From an uncultured Gemmatimonadales bacterium (GTDB lineage: Bacteria > Gemmatimonadota > Gemmatimonadetes > Longimicrobiales > RSA9): DNA of 64,000 nucleotides. Within the stretch, counting starts at the first letter, position 1, and each line of letters starts with the position of its first letter. Below are positions 28,380-37,298 of this stretch, in pieces. The notes below the pieces were generated by a model. The model made no database searches. It was given only the letters and a program-made list of their open reading frames with translations, and had not been told where the DNA came from. Both the position numbers and the translations under genes were made by a program. The stretch lies in the NCBI GenBank assembly GCA_963798845.1, contig CAWCUS010000005.1:14684-78683 (forward strand), read 5' to 3'.

Positions 28380-29125
28380 AGCAGATCCTGATCACCAACG
28401 ACGACGGCTATCTGGCTGCCGGGCTGAGCGCCCTCGTCCGCGCGGCTCAGCCGCACGGGAAGGTCCACGTGGTGGCACCGGACCGCGAGCAGAGCGCGAC
28501 CAGCCACTCCCTCACGATGCATCACCCGCTTCGCGTCCGCACCGTGCGCGACGCCCGGGTCGTGGACGGAACGCCCACGGACTGCGTGGTGCTGGCGCTC
28601 GGCGAGCTGCTGGAGAGACGGCCGGACCTGGTGCTCTCTGGCATCAACCAGGGCGCGAACCTGGGGGACGACGTCCTTTACTCGGGGACGGTCGCCGCGG
28701 CCATGGAAGCTACGCTGCTCGGGATCCCCGCGGTGGCCATCTCGTACGCCGCCCGGGACCCGGAGGGGATCGAAGGATGGGTACCGGCCGTGTCGTCCAT
28801 CCTGGGGCAGGTCCTCGCCCGCGACGGGTTCCCCGGAGAGACGCTCCTCAACATCAACCTGCCACCCCGCGATCCAGGCACGGCGAAAGGAGCGCGGGTC
28901 ACCCGGCTGGGGCGCCGCGCGTACGAGGGCTCGCTCACGCGCGCCCGCGACCCGAACGGTCGGGAGTACTTCTGGATCGGCGGTGGCGAGACCCGCTGGT
29001 GGGGTGAGCCCGACTCGGACTTCCGGGCGCTGGAGGAGGGGTACGTCTCCGTGACGCCCCTTCACCTCGACCTGACGAACTTCGACCTCCTCGAGGACAT
29101 CCGACGGTGGGAGCTGAGCCTGTGA
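28376..29125 (+). CDS. surE: 5'/3'-nucleotidase SurE
   Basis: ATG 28376 (ATGA overlap). ILITNDDGY, APDREQSATSHS, GINQGANLGDDVLYSGTV. Confidence 0.92.
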   Translation: MKQILITNDDGYLAAGLSALVRAAQPHGKVHVVAPDREQSATSHSLTMHHPLRVRTVRDARVVDGTPTDCVVLALGELLERRPDLVLSGINQGANLGDDVLYSGTVAAAMEATLLGIPAVAISYAARDPEGIEGWVPAVSSILGQVLARDGFPGETLLNINLPPRDPGTAKGARVTRLGRRAYEGSLTRARDPNGREYFWIGGGETRWWGEPDSDFRALEEGYVSVTPLHLDLTNFDLLEDIRRWELSL

Positions 29126-29766
29126 ACGATGCGTACGTTCGGAAGCGGCGCCAGCTCGTCGACCGGATCCGCGAGCAGGGAATCCGGGACCCCCGGGTGC
29201 TCGCGGCCGTGGAGACGGTTCCTCGTCACCGCTTCGTCCCTCCCGCCGTCCTCAGGCGGGCGTACAATGATACGGCGCTGCCCATCGGCTTCGGCCAGAC
29301 GATCTCGCAGCCGTCGCTCCAGGCGCTCTACCTGGAAGTGCTGGAGGTCGGCCCTGAGGACCGCGTCCTGGAGGTCGGGGCGGGGAGCGGCTATCAGACC
29401 GCACTTCTGGCGGGGTTGAGCGCCAACGTGTACGCCGTGGAGCGGATTCCCGAGCTGACGCAGCGAGCGCGGGATATCCTCGATGAGCTGGGATACCGCA
29501 ACATCGCGCTGGTGACGAAGGACGGCACGCTCGGGTGGTCGAAGTACGCGCCCTACGACGCCATTCTGGTGGCAGCAGCGGCGCCCTCGGTGCCACATGC
29601 GCTGGTGGAGCAGCTCGCGCCGGGCGGGCGGCTGCTCATCCCGATCGGCGACCGGCAGCAGCAGCGCCTCACGCTCGTCGAGAATACGGATGAGGGAACA
29701 CGGGAGAAGACCGTCACCGGGTGTGTGTTCGTGCCGCTGATCGGCCGCTTCGGGTGGCCCGAATGA
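29107..29766 (+). CDS. pcm: Protein-L-isoaspartate O-methyltransferase
   Basis: PRHRFVP, QTISQPS, SAM motif VLEVGAGSGYQTALLA. Start may be GTG 29122 (GTGA overlap with surE stop). surE-pcm order. Confidence 0.92.
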   Translation: MGAEPVNDAYVRKRRQLVDRIREQGIRDPRVLAAVETVPRHRFVPPAVLRRAYNDTALPIGFGQTISQPSLQALYLEVLEVGPEDRVLEVGAGSGYQTALLAGLSANVYAVERIPELTQRARDILDELGYRNIALVTKDGTLGWSKYAPYDAILVAAAAPSVPHALVEQLAPGGRLLIPIGDRQQQRLTLVENTDEGTREKTVTGCVFVPLIGRFGWPE

Positions 29767-30437
29767 GTCCGGTCGAGACCGGGAGCGAAGCGGCCGGGAA
29801 GGCGGCGGCCGGGGCCCGGACCGACGGAGCCCCGGCACGACGTGGTCGGCTTCGTCGCCTGTACGACTGGGTGCTCTCGTTCGCCGGCCGGCCGAGCGGC
29901 GAGCGCGCGCTCTTCGCCTTCGCGTTCGCCGAGTCCTCCTTTTTCCCGATCCCGCCGGACCCGCTGCTCGTCGCGCTCGCGCTGGGCGCACCCCGCCGGG
30001 CCCTCCGTTTCGCCCTGGTGTGCGCGCTCGCTTCGGTGACCGGTGGGCTGGCGGGATACGCCATCGGATGGGGTCTCTGGCAGACGGTGGACCAATACTT
30101 CTACGCCTACGTCCCGGGGGTTTCTCCGGAAGCGTTCGCCACGGTGCAGTCCCTCTACAACCGCTACGACTTCTGGAGCATCTTCGCCGCGGGGTTCACC
30201 CCCATCCCGTTCAAGGTCTTCACCCTCTCGGCCGGGGTGTTCCGGATCTCGCTCCCGGTGTTCCTGATCGCTTCCACCGTGAGCAGGAGCGCCCGTTTCT
30301 TCCTCGTGGCGGGGCTCATCTACGTGAAAGGCCCGTCCATCCAGGGCTTCATCGATCGTCACTTCGACAGACTGGCGTGGCTGTTCCTGGCCCTGCTCAT
30401 CGGCGGCTTTTTGGTGGTGAAGCTTCTCCTCGGCTGA
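29763..30437 (+). CDS. YqaA/DedA-related (SNARE-associated) membrane protein
   Basis: ATG 29763 (ATGA overlap with pcm stop). FAFAFAESSFFPIPPDPLL and FTPIPFKVFTLSAG motifs, polytopic. Confidence 0.75.
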   Translation: MSPVETGSEAAGKAAAGARTDGAPARRGRLRRLYDWVLSFAGRPSGERALFAFAFAESSFFPIPPDPLLVALALGAPRRALRFALVCALASVTGGLAGYAIGWGLWQTVDQYFYAYVPGVSPEAFATVQSLYNRYDFWSIFAAGFTPIPFKVFTLSAGVFRISLPVFLIASTVSRSARFFLVAGLIYVKGPSIQGFIDRHFDRLAWLFLALLIGGFLVVKLLLG

Positions 30438-30514
30438 GGTAGCGTTCCCGGACCGGCCGCCCTATCTTGCCGCCGTTCCTGACTTTGCACCTTCCGATCG
30501 AACAGGAGCTTGGG

Positions 30515-31144
30515 ATGAGCGACGAAGGCCGGCGCGCCCCCGGGCCCGAACGCCCGCCCGCCCCGCCAGCCGCGAGCCGGCGAGCGGGGAACGACGCGGT
30601 GGAAGCCACGGGGCTGGTGCCACCGTTCCTGCCCGGACGCGCACACATCGTCGAGGATACGCCTCCTGCCTCGACCGGAGCGGGCGGAGCGGGAGCTGCG
30701 CGCGAGGAGGCCGTCCAGGAGGCCGCTGCGGCGGTGACGGTGGAGCCGGAGCCGGTCGTGGCGCCGGACGACGCCTTCCCGTTCGAGCTGGGTGACGCGC
30801 CGGAAGCCACTGCCGGGACCGGACCCGGCCAGGCGCCTGCGACCCCGGCCTCCGGGGTGTCGGGAGGAACGGCGGAGGAGGGGGAGCCCGAGGACGAGTT
30901 CCCGTTCGACGCGTTCGGCCTCACCGGCGAGCTGCCGGCAGCATCTTCTGCGGAGGCGGGCACGGTGGAATCGAACGACGCCGTATCCGCAGCGGACTCT
31001 CTCGCCGAGCGGCTGGAGTCGCTGGCCGCCCGGCTGCGCGCCGAGGGGGCCTCGGCCGCGGAGATCGACATGGCTTCCTCGGACCGGTTCACATCGCTCC
31101 TCGGCGCCATCCTGGCGGGTTACCTGGCCGCGGCGCACGACTGA
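30515..31144 (+). CDS. Hypothetical acidic, Ala/Pro/Glu-rich protein with two FPF motifs
   Basis: ATG 30515 preceded by AGGAG at 6-nt spacing. GC3-rich in frame. Mostly low-complexity, with DDAFPFELGDAPEA and EDEFPFDAFGLTGE repeats and a hydrophobic C-terminal helix. No family recognised. Confidence 0.45.
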   Translation: MSDEGRRAPGPERPPAPPAASRRAGNDAVEATGLVPPFLPGRAHIVEDTPPASTGAGGAGAAREEAVQEAAAAVTVEPEPVVAPDDAFPFELGDAPEATAGTGPGQAPATPASGVSGGTAEEGEPEDEFPFDAFGLTGELPAASSAEAGTVESNDAVSAADSLAERLESLAARLRAEGASAAEIDMASSDRFTSLLGAILAGYLAAAHD

Positions 31145-31202
31145 AGGGCGGCGGACGCACGGGTGGAAAATCGCCCGTTTTGCCCTACATTGAATGCTCT
31201 TC

Positions 31203-31276
31203 GCGCCCGTAGCTCAGGTGGATAGAGCACGAGTTTCCTAAACTCGGGGCCGCAGGTTCGAGTCCTGCCGGGCGCA
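31203..31276 (+). tRNA. tRNA-Arg (anticodon CCT)
   Basis: 74-nt cloverleaf. Acceptor GCGCCCG/CGGGCGC, D arm GCTC-AGGTGGATA-GAGC, anticodon stem CGAGT/ACTCG with loop TTCCTAA, T arm GCAGG-TTCGAGT-CCTGC, discriminator A. CCA not encoded. Confidence 0.95.
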
Positions 31277-31279
31277 TGG

Positions 31280-31309
31280 CGGCCGGCCTTCCCCGCGGAC
31301 GGCCGGCCG
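31280..31309 (+). terminator. GC-rich hairpin directly after tRNA-Arg
   Basis: 9-bp stem CGGCCGGCC / GGCCGGCCG with 12-nt loop starting 4 nt after the tRNA 3' end. Confidence 0.5.
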
Positions 31310-31456
31310 TGCTGCATCAGCGCGTCGCCGATGCGGCGGCTCGGCAATGCCCGGGGAGGTTGTGGGGGCGCCGTCGCGCCGCCATCATCCCTACATCCGC
31401 GGCCTCCGGACGCCTCAACGCGCCCCGGCGAAGCTCCTTTTCCGAAAGGACAGATC

Positions 31457-32254
31457 GTGCGTCGTCTGTTACTCCTCACTCTCCTGGCGCTCGGCGCGGC
31501 CCCCCGTGGAGCGTCGGCCCAGATCCAGCTGCCGCAGCCGGTGGGCTACGTCAACGACTTCGCCGACGTGATCCCGGCCGATTACGAGCAGAAGATGACG
31601 GCCATCATCGACGAGGTGCGGGCGAAATGCGGGGGCGAGATCGTGGTGGTCACGCTCCCATCGCTCCAGGGCCGCACGGCGGACGAGGTCGCGCTGGAGA
31701 TCGGTCGGCAGTGGAAGATCGGCCCGAAGGGGGAGGCGGGAGACCGGTTCCGCAACACGGGGACCGTGGTCCTCGTCGCGCCTGCGGAGCGGCGGCTGAA
31801 GATCGAGCTCGGCACGACCACGAACACGTTCATCACGGCCGCTGACGCCGGCCGGATTGCCGACGATTACATGGTCCCGGCCCTGCGGGAGGGCGACTAC
31901 GGCGTCGGGATCTACGGCGCCGTGGGCGCGCTGGCGCTCCAGTACGCGGACCACTTCGGCTTCGAGCTCAATGGCGACTACGATCTGCCGCAGCCGAAGC
32001 ACCGTGGCGGAAACGACTCCTGGATCATATGGGTCGTCCTCGCGTTCATCCTCTTCAGCCTCTTCACCCGTCGCGGCCGGCGTCGCGGCCTCCCCATCTT
32101 CCTGCCGTTCCCGCTCGGCGGGATCGGCCACCGCGGCGGCTTCGGCGGGTTCGGCGGCGGAGGCTTCGGCGGATTCGGAGGGGGCGGCGGCGGCTTCGGC
32201 GGGTTCGGGGGTGGAGGCGGCTTCGGCGGCGGCGGTGCAGGAAGGGGTTGGTGA
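31457..32254 (+). CDS. TPM-domain (YgcG-like) protein with TM segment and Gly/Phe-rich tail
   Basis: GTG 31457. Signal/anchor RRLLLLTLLALGAAPRGASA, TPM core (YVNDFADVI, EIVVVTLPSL, ALEIGRQWKIG, VVLVAPAERRLKIELG), a TM helix, then a GGFGGFGGGG tail. Confidence 0.8.
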   Translation: MRRLLLLTLLALGAAPRGASAQIQLPQPVGYVNDFADVIPADYEQKMTAIIDEVRAKCGGEIVVVTLPSLQGRTADEVALEIGRQWKIGPKGEAGDRFRNTGTVVLVAPAERRLKIELGTTTNTFITAADAGRIADDYMVPALREGDYGVGIYGAVGALALQYADHFGFELNGDYDLPQPKHRGGNDSWIIWVVLAFILFSLFTRRGRRRGLPIFLPFPLGGIGHRGGFGGFGGGGFGGFGGGGGGFGGFGGGGGFGGGGAGRGW

Positions 32255-32255
32255 A

Positions 32256-32984
32256 ATGGCGGACATGAAGGTTGCTGCGCGCGAATACGTGGACGGGCTG
32301 TCCGAGCTGTTGGGGGCCCGACTGCGGAGCGTGGTGCTCCATGGCTCGGTCGCGCGGGACGAAGCCGTCGAGGGGGTCAGCGACGTGAACCTCCTGGTCC
32401 TGGTGGACACCGTCGACCCGCCGCTCTTCGGCCTGCTCTCGCCCACGGCGAGGGAGTGGCTGGAGGCGCGTCGCTCTCTCCCCCTCGTGCTCACCTGGGA
32501 CGAGTGGCTCTCGGCCAGCGACGCCTTCGCCATAGAGACCGCGGACATGCTGGACGCCCGGGAGGTGCTCCACGGCGGCGACCCGCTCGCGGACGCCGCC
32601 GTCGACCGCGCCGACCTGCGCCTGCAGGCGGAGCGGGAGCTCAGGGGCAAGCTGATCCATCTCCGGCAGGCTACCCTGGTCTCCGCCGCCGACCCGGGCG
32701 AGCTCGGGCGGCTCCTGCTCACCGCCCTCCCGTCCGTCGCGGCGTACCTGCGCGCCGCGCTGCGGCTGGCCGGGCGCGACGCCCCCGTGCGCAGCGCGGA
32801 CGCGCTCCGGGATGGGGCAGCCCTGGTAGGTGCCGACTCCGCTCCTCTTCTCGAGCTGTGGGAGCGGCGGAAGGAGCGGTCCGTTCCGGAGACGCCGGTG
32901 CTGGATCCGCGGGTGGCCGCGGTGCACCGGGTGCTCGAGAGGACGGCCGACTACGTGGACACCCTGGATGGAGAGACCCGATGA
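32256..32984 (+). CDS. Nucleotidyltransferase-fold protein (KNTase/MNT-like) with helical C-terminal domain
   Basis: ATG 32256, 1 nt after the TPM stop. Motif LHGSVARDEAVEGVSDVNLLVLVD (GS-x11-D-x-N, second acidic residue replaced by Asn). C-terminal helical region contains RVAAVH (Rx4H-like). ATGA overlap with lemA start. Confidence 0.65.
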   Translation: MADMKVAAREYVDGLSELLGARLRSVVLHGSVARDEAVEGVSDVNLLVLVDTVDPPLFGLLSPTAREWLEARRSLPLVLTWDEWLSASDAFAIETADMLDAREVLHGGDPLADAAVDRADLRLQAERELRGKLIHLRQATLVSAADPGELGRLLLTALPSVAAYLRAALRLAGRDAPVRSADALRDGAALVGADSAPLLELWERRKERSVPETPVLDPRVAAVHRVLERTADYVDTLDGETR

Positions 32985-33583
32985 AGAGGCCCGTGGTGGG
33001 CGTGCTGGCGCTGGCCGTCGCCCTTTCTGGTTGTGGCTACAACAAGATCCAGACGCTCGACGAGAGCGTCACTGCCCGCCGTGCGGATATCGAGGCGGAG
33101 CTGATGCGGCGCAACGACCTGATCCCGAACCTCGTCGCGACGGTGGATGAGGCGGCCAGCTTCGAAAAGGAGACATTCACCCGGGTGGCCGAAGCCCGCT
33201 CGGGCCTCACGCAGGCCCGGCAGCAGCTCGCCCAGGCGGTCCAGGGGAGCGTGCCACCCGACCAGCTCTCCCAGGCCAGCTCGGCGGTCGGCGAGAACCT
33301 GCGCCTCTTCCTGAACGTGGCCGTGGAGGCGTACCCGCAGCTCACCGCCAACCGCAGCTTCACCGCGCTCCAGGACGAGCTCACCGAGACCGAGAACCGG
33401 ATCAGCGTGGCAAGGCGCGACTACAACGAGGCAGTCCAGAACTACAACACCTACATCCGGCAGTTCCCCCAGGCCATGACCGCCAAGGTGATCGGCGCGC
33501 AGCGACGGGAGCCGTTCGAGGCCCCGGAAGGTGCCGAGACCGCCCCGAAGGTGGAGTTCGGCGGCCAGTCGCAGGGCGGCTGA
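32981..33583 (+). CDS. lemA: LemA-family protein
   Basis: ATG 32981. Lipobox-like LALAVALSGC, then LemA motifs RRNDLIPNLV, FEKETF, YPQLTANRSF, LQDELTETENRISVARRDYN, FPQ. Confidence 0.88.
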   Translation: MKRPVVGVLALAVALSGCGYNKIQTLDESVTARRADIEAELMRRNDLIPNLVATVDEAASFEKETFTRVAEARSGLTQARQQLAQAVQGSVPPDQLSQASSAVGENLRLFLNVAVEAYPQLTANRSFTALQDELTETENRISVARRDYNEAVQNYNTYIRQFPQAMTAKVIGAQRREPFEAPEGAETAPKVEFGGQSQGG

Positions 33584-33695
33584 GCCCGTTTCCGGCTCGC
33601 GCGTTCACCCCCCCGCCCGCGCCGGAGCGCGGGCGGGACGCCGGGGCCCGCCTCGACCGGAACGGAACTCGCAGTCCGTGGTCCGCGGTGAACTC

Positions 33696-34817
33696 ATGAG
33701 ACGCATCGTCCTTTCCGCCCTCGGCTCACTGCTCCTGGGCTCGCCTCTCGCCGCACAGGGCGAGCTGCTCGACGCCTGCGGCCACGCCGCGATCAGCTAC
33801 TCGCCGACGCCCCCCGTTTCGTCGGACCAGCGGGAAGCCGTCGAAGGCCAGCTCCGGTTCCTCTGCGCCCAGGTCGTGGGCGCGATGACCCAGGTGCAGC
33901 CCGCCATCGGCATGGCCTTCTCCGGCGGCGCCCACACCCTCGGCACCGCCACCACCATCGGCCGTCGCTTCGGCGTCCCCCGCATCAGCGTCGCCGCGCG
34001 CGCCACCGCCGCCTTCGCCGACATCCCGGACCTCTTCGACGGGTACACCCCCAACTTCCACGACGGCCGGCTGCCCGCCATGGGCACCACCACTCTCCCC
34101 CTCGGCGCGGTGCAGGGGGATGTCTCGATCGGCGTCTTCAACGGCTTCGCCATGGGCCCCGCCCTCGCCGGCCTCGGAGCCGTCGACCTCCTCGCCAGCC
34201 TTTCCTACCTCCCGGCCCTCGACCGGACCGGCCTCCAGCGCGATATCTTCAACTGGGGCGCTGGCGCCCGCATCGGCATCCTTCAGCAGGGGCTCACCAT
34301 GCCCGGCGTTTCCGTCTCGGGCATGTTCCGAAAGATGGGCACGGTCTCGTTCGGCGAGATCGATCCCGCCCACGCAACCGCCGGAGACCCCGCGGAGTTC
34401 GGCACCGACCTCCGGACCCTCAGCTTCCGCGCCGCCGTCAGCAAGCGCATCCTCGCCCTCGACCTCGCCGCCGGCGCCGGCTACGACCTCTACAGCAGCA
34501 ACGTCCACTTCGACGTCATTCTGCAGTGCCCCGCGGAGGAGTGCGCCATCCCCGGGGGCGTCGCCCTACGACCCCAGTACGACGGCTCCCCCGGTATCGA
34601 CGGCCCGCTCCGCACCGCTGCCTGGAACGTCTACGCCGACCTCGGCCTCAGCCTCACGATGCTGAACGTGGTCGGCGAGCTCGGGTATCAGAAAGCCGCC
34701 GACGTCGTGACCCCCGACGACCTCGGCAACGCCGGGCTCCCGCGCCAGGATCTAACCATCGAGGCGCTGCAGACCGGCCGCTTCTTCGCCAGCCTTGGGC
34801 TCCGCCTGATGCTGTGA
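33696..34817 (+). CDS. Hypothetical secreted beta-rich protein (possible outer-membrane barrel)
   Basis: ATG 33696. Signal peptide MRRIVLSALGSLLLGSPLAAQG, alternating-hydrophobicity segments, C-terminus GRFFASLGLRLML. No family recognised. Confidence 0.5.
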   Translation: MRRIVLSALGSLLLGSPLAAQGELLDACGHAAISYSPTPPVSSDQREAVEGQLRFLCAQVVGAMTQVQPAIGMAFSGGAHTLGTATTIGRRFGVPRISVAARATAAFADIPDLFDGYTPNFHDGRLPAMGTTTLPLGAVQGDVSIGVFNGFAMGPALAGLGAVDLLASLSYLPALDRTGLQRDIFNWGAGARIGILQQGLTMPGVSVSGMFRKMGTVSFGEIDPAHATAGDPAEFGTDLRTLSFRAAVSKRILALDLAAGAGYDLYSSNVHFDVILQCPAEECAIPGGVALRPQYDGSPGIDGPLRTAAWNVYADLGLSLTMLNVVGELGYQKAADVVTPDDLGNAGLPRQDLTIEALQTGRFFASLGLRLML

Positions 34818-35065
34818 AGTGTGCGCGATTCCGCGCGCCGCGGTCTGTCCGGGGGTGGACGCCGACGGGGGTCAGGTGGTTCTTTACACGGAATGTTCGA
34901 AGGCGTGTGGGGTAATGCCCTACACCCGTCCGCGGGGCGGTCCGCACCTCGTGGAGAGGGCGTTTCCCCCGTGTGGAAGCGGGGTTTTCCGGGATTGAAG
35001 GGCCCATCATGGCCCGCTATGTTCTGGCCCAACGGAGACATGCGGGCCGTCGAGGAGGAGCCGCC

Positions 35066-35758
35066 TTGGACAGGGATGGAGTGATCGTCGAGGGCATCGC
35101 GAAGCGCTTCGGGCGTCGGTGGGCGCTGAGGGGCGCGGGTTTCGCGGTGGCACCTGGAGAGTCGGTGGCGCTGATGGGCCACAACGGGAGCGGGAAGACC
35201 ACGATCCTCCGGATCGTGGCGACGACGCTGCGGCCGACGCGAGGTCGGGGTTGGGTCTTCGGGAACGAGCTGGTGCGGGAAGCGGACCAGATCCGGGAGG
35301 ACGTGGGCGCGCTGTTTCACGCGCCGGGGGTTTACGGGGACCTGACGGCGCGCGAGAACCTCGAGTTCGCGCGGCGAATGTGGGGTGGGACGACGAGTGT
35401 GTCGGTGGACGCTGCGCTGGAGCGGGTGGGGCTGACGGGGGCGCGAGAGGAGCGGGCGCAGGGATTCTCTTCCGGGATGACGCGTCGGCTGGCGTTGGCG
35501 CGGTTGGTGATGCGGCCGCCGCGGCTGCTTCTGCTGGACGAGCCGTACGCGAGCTTCGACGCGGACGGGATCGATCTGGTGAACGAGCTCGTGCGGGAGA
35601 CGGTGGGCCGGGGTGGGATCGCGATGATCGCGACGCACGATCCAGAGCGGTCGGCGGCGGTGGTGGACCGTGTGGTCGAGCTGGCGGCGGGGAAGATCGT
35701 GGAATCGAGCGGGTTTCCGGTGAAGCAATCCCGGCTGCGGGCGGAGGTGGTCCGGTGA
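35066..35758 (+). CDS. ccmA: Heme exporter ATP-binding protein CcmA
   Basis: Walker A GHNGSGKTT, signature SSGMTRRL, Walker B LLLLDEP. Preferred start is TTG 35066, preceded by GAGGAGGAG at 5-nt spacing; ATG 35009 is an alternative. Confidence 0.85.
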   Translation: MDRDGVIVEGIAKRFGRRWALRGAGFAVAPGESVALMGHNGSGKTTILRIVATTLRPTRGRGWVFGNELVREADQIREDVGALFHAPGVYGDLTARENLEFARRMWGGTTSVSVDAALERVGLTGAREERAQGFSSGMTRRLALARLVMRPPRLLLLDEPYASFDADGIDLVNELVRETVGRGGIAMIATHDPERSAAVVDRVVELAAGKIVESSGFPVKQSRLRAEVVR

Positions 35759-36441
35759 GTTTCCGCGGCGAGATGACGCGGGTGGGCGCGGTGGCGTGGA
35801 AGGACCTCACGACGGAGCGGCGGTCGAAGGCGAACTTCAACGCGGTGCTGTTCCTTGCCACGCTGATGCTGCTGATGTTCGGGTTTGCCCTGGGGCCGGA
35901 CACCTCGGCGTTGAGGGCGGCGGCGGCGGGGATCGTGTGGCTGACCGTGCTGTTCAGCGGCAATCTGGCGTTCCACCGGTCCTACCAGGTGGAGCTGGAG
36001 CGGGGGGCGCTGGAGATGCTGCTGCTGTATCCGGGGGCGAGGAGCTCGATCTTCCTGGGGAAGCTGCTGGCGAACCTGACGTTCGTGCTGCTGGTGGAAG
36101 CGGTGCTGATCCCGATCGCCATGGTGCTCTACGACATCTCGGTGGTCCGCGGTGCGGCCATGGTCCTGCTGGTGATCTTCCTCGGGACCGTGGGGTTCGT
36201 GACGCTGGGGACGTTCTACGGGTCCATGGCGAGCCGGAGCCGCGCGCGCGAGGTTCTGCTGCCGCTGCTCCTGTTCCCGATGGTCGTGCCGGTGCTGGTT
36301 GCGGCCGTGGAAGCGACCGCGGCGCTCATGCAGGGGGATCTGATGGGGGAGAGCGGGCGCTGGCTCCGGCTGCTCTTCGCGTTCGACACCATCTTCGTGG
36401 GCGCGTCGATCATGGCGTTCGGAGCCGTCATCGAGGAGTGA
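35755..36441 (+). CDS. ccmB: Heme exporter permease CcmB
   Basis: GTG 35755 (GTGA overlap). About 228 aa, six hydrophobic segments, KDLTTERRSK N-terminus typical of CcmB. ccm order. Confidence 0.85.
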   Translation: MSFRGEMTRVGAVAWKDLTTERRSKANFNAVLFLATLMLLMFGFALGPDTSALRAAAAGIVWLTVLFSGNLAFHRSYQVELERGALEMLLLYPGARSSIFLGKLLANLTFVLLVEAVLIPIAMVLYDISVVRGAAMVLLVIFLGTVGFVTLGTFYGSMASRSRAREVLLPLLLFPMVVPVLVAAVEATAALMQGDLMGESGRWLRLLFAFDTIFVGASIMAFGAVIEE

Positions 36442-36442
36442 G

Positions 36443-37162
36443 ATGGGAACGGTGAGAGCACTCAGGGAGGAACGGGCGCCGAAGTGGCTGGTGGTGCTCA
36501 GCTTCGCGGCGCTGGGCGCCGTGCTGGCCGGCCAGTATTACGGGTTCTTCGTCGCCCCGGTGGCGGAGGACTACCAGGCGTCGCAGAAGATCATGTACAT
36601 CCACGTGCCAGCCGCGTGGAACGCGTTCCTGGCCATCTTCATCGTGTTCTGGGCGAGCGTGATGTACCTGTGGAAGCGAACGGAGCGCGCGGACCTGCTG
36701 GCGGCTTCGGCTGCCGAGATCGGAACCGTGTTCCTGGGCCTGACCCTCGCCCTGGGCTCGATCTGGGGCCGCTGGGCGTGGGGGGCGTGGTGGACGTGGG
36801 ATGCCAGGCTGACGTCCACGGCCGTGCTCTTCATCATGTTCGTGGGCTATCTCGCCCTGCGCTCGTTCACCGAGGATCCGGAGCGGAGGGCGACGTGGAG
36901 CGCGGGCGTGGGAATCTTCGGCGCGCTGAACGTGCCGATCGTGTACATGTCGGTGCGCTGGTGGCGTACGCTGCACCAGGTGCAGTCGTCGGCCACCACG
37001 ATGGACCCGACGTTCAAGTGGGGGCTGGGCATCAACGCGATCGCTTTCCTGATGGTCATGATCTCGTTCGTGTCGTGGCGGTTCCGTGCGGCCAGGCTGG
37101 AACGGGAGGTGGAAGCGCTGCAGGAAGAAGCCGTGCTGGGGGGGAGAGAGATCCATGTCTGA
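36443..37162 (+). CDS. ccmC: Heme exporter / heme lyase subunit CcmC
   Basis: 239 aa with tryptophan-rich WWD motif WGRWAWGAWWTWDARLTS. Confidence 0.92.
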   Translation: MGTVRALREERAPKWLVVLSFAALGAVLAGQYYGFFVAPVAEDYQASQKIMYIHVPAAWNAFLAIFIVFWASVMYLWKRTERADLLAASAAEIGTVFLGLTLALGSIWGRWAWGAWWTWDARLTSTAVLFIMFVGYLALRSFTEDPERRATWSAGVGIFGALNVPIVYMSVRWWRTLHQVQSSATTMDPTFKWGLGINAIAFLMVMISFVSWRFRAARLEREVEALQEEAVLGGREIHV

Positions 37163-37298
37163 AGCAGGGAATGTCTGGGCCTACGTCATCGGCGCGTACA
37201 GCGTGGCCTGGGTGACGCTGGTGGCCTACTCGATTCGGCTGGCGGTGATGACTCGCCGCGCGCGCCAGGCGATGCTCGATCTCGGAGGTGAGGAGTGA
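37155..37298 (+). CDS. ccmD: Heme exporter small subunit CcmD
   Basis: ATG 37155. 47 aa, single TM (VWAYVIGAYSVAWVTLVAYSI) followed by basic residues. Located between ccmC and ccmE. Confidence 0.6.
   Translation: MSEAGNVWAYVIGAYSVAWVTLVAYSIRLAVMTRRARQAMLDLGGEE

Noticed and set aside
32130-32240. Tandem-looking GGC/TTC-rich DNA repeat
   Set aside because: It is the coding sequence of the Gly/Phe-rich C-terminal tail (GGFGGFGGGG...) typical of TPM/YgcG proteins. It is not a CRISPR array or satellite.
31203-34817. tRNA-Arg-linked genomic island containing the TPM-NTase-LemA cassette
   Set aside because: There is no integrase, no direct repeat of the tRNA 3' end downstream that I could find, and no compositional break. 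Codon usage matches the rest of the window.
34818-35065. About 250-nt leader upstream of ccmA as a possible riboswitch or small gene (ORF 34821-35084)
   Set aside because: No recognisable riboswitch motif or convincing conserved-looking structure. The ORF translation is compositionally non-coding. Only weak hairpins were seen.
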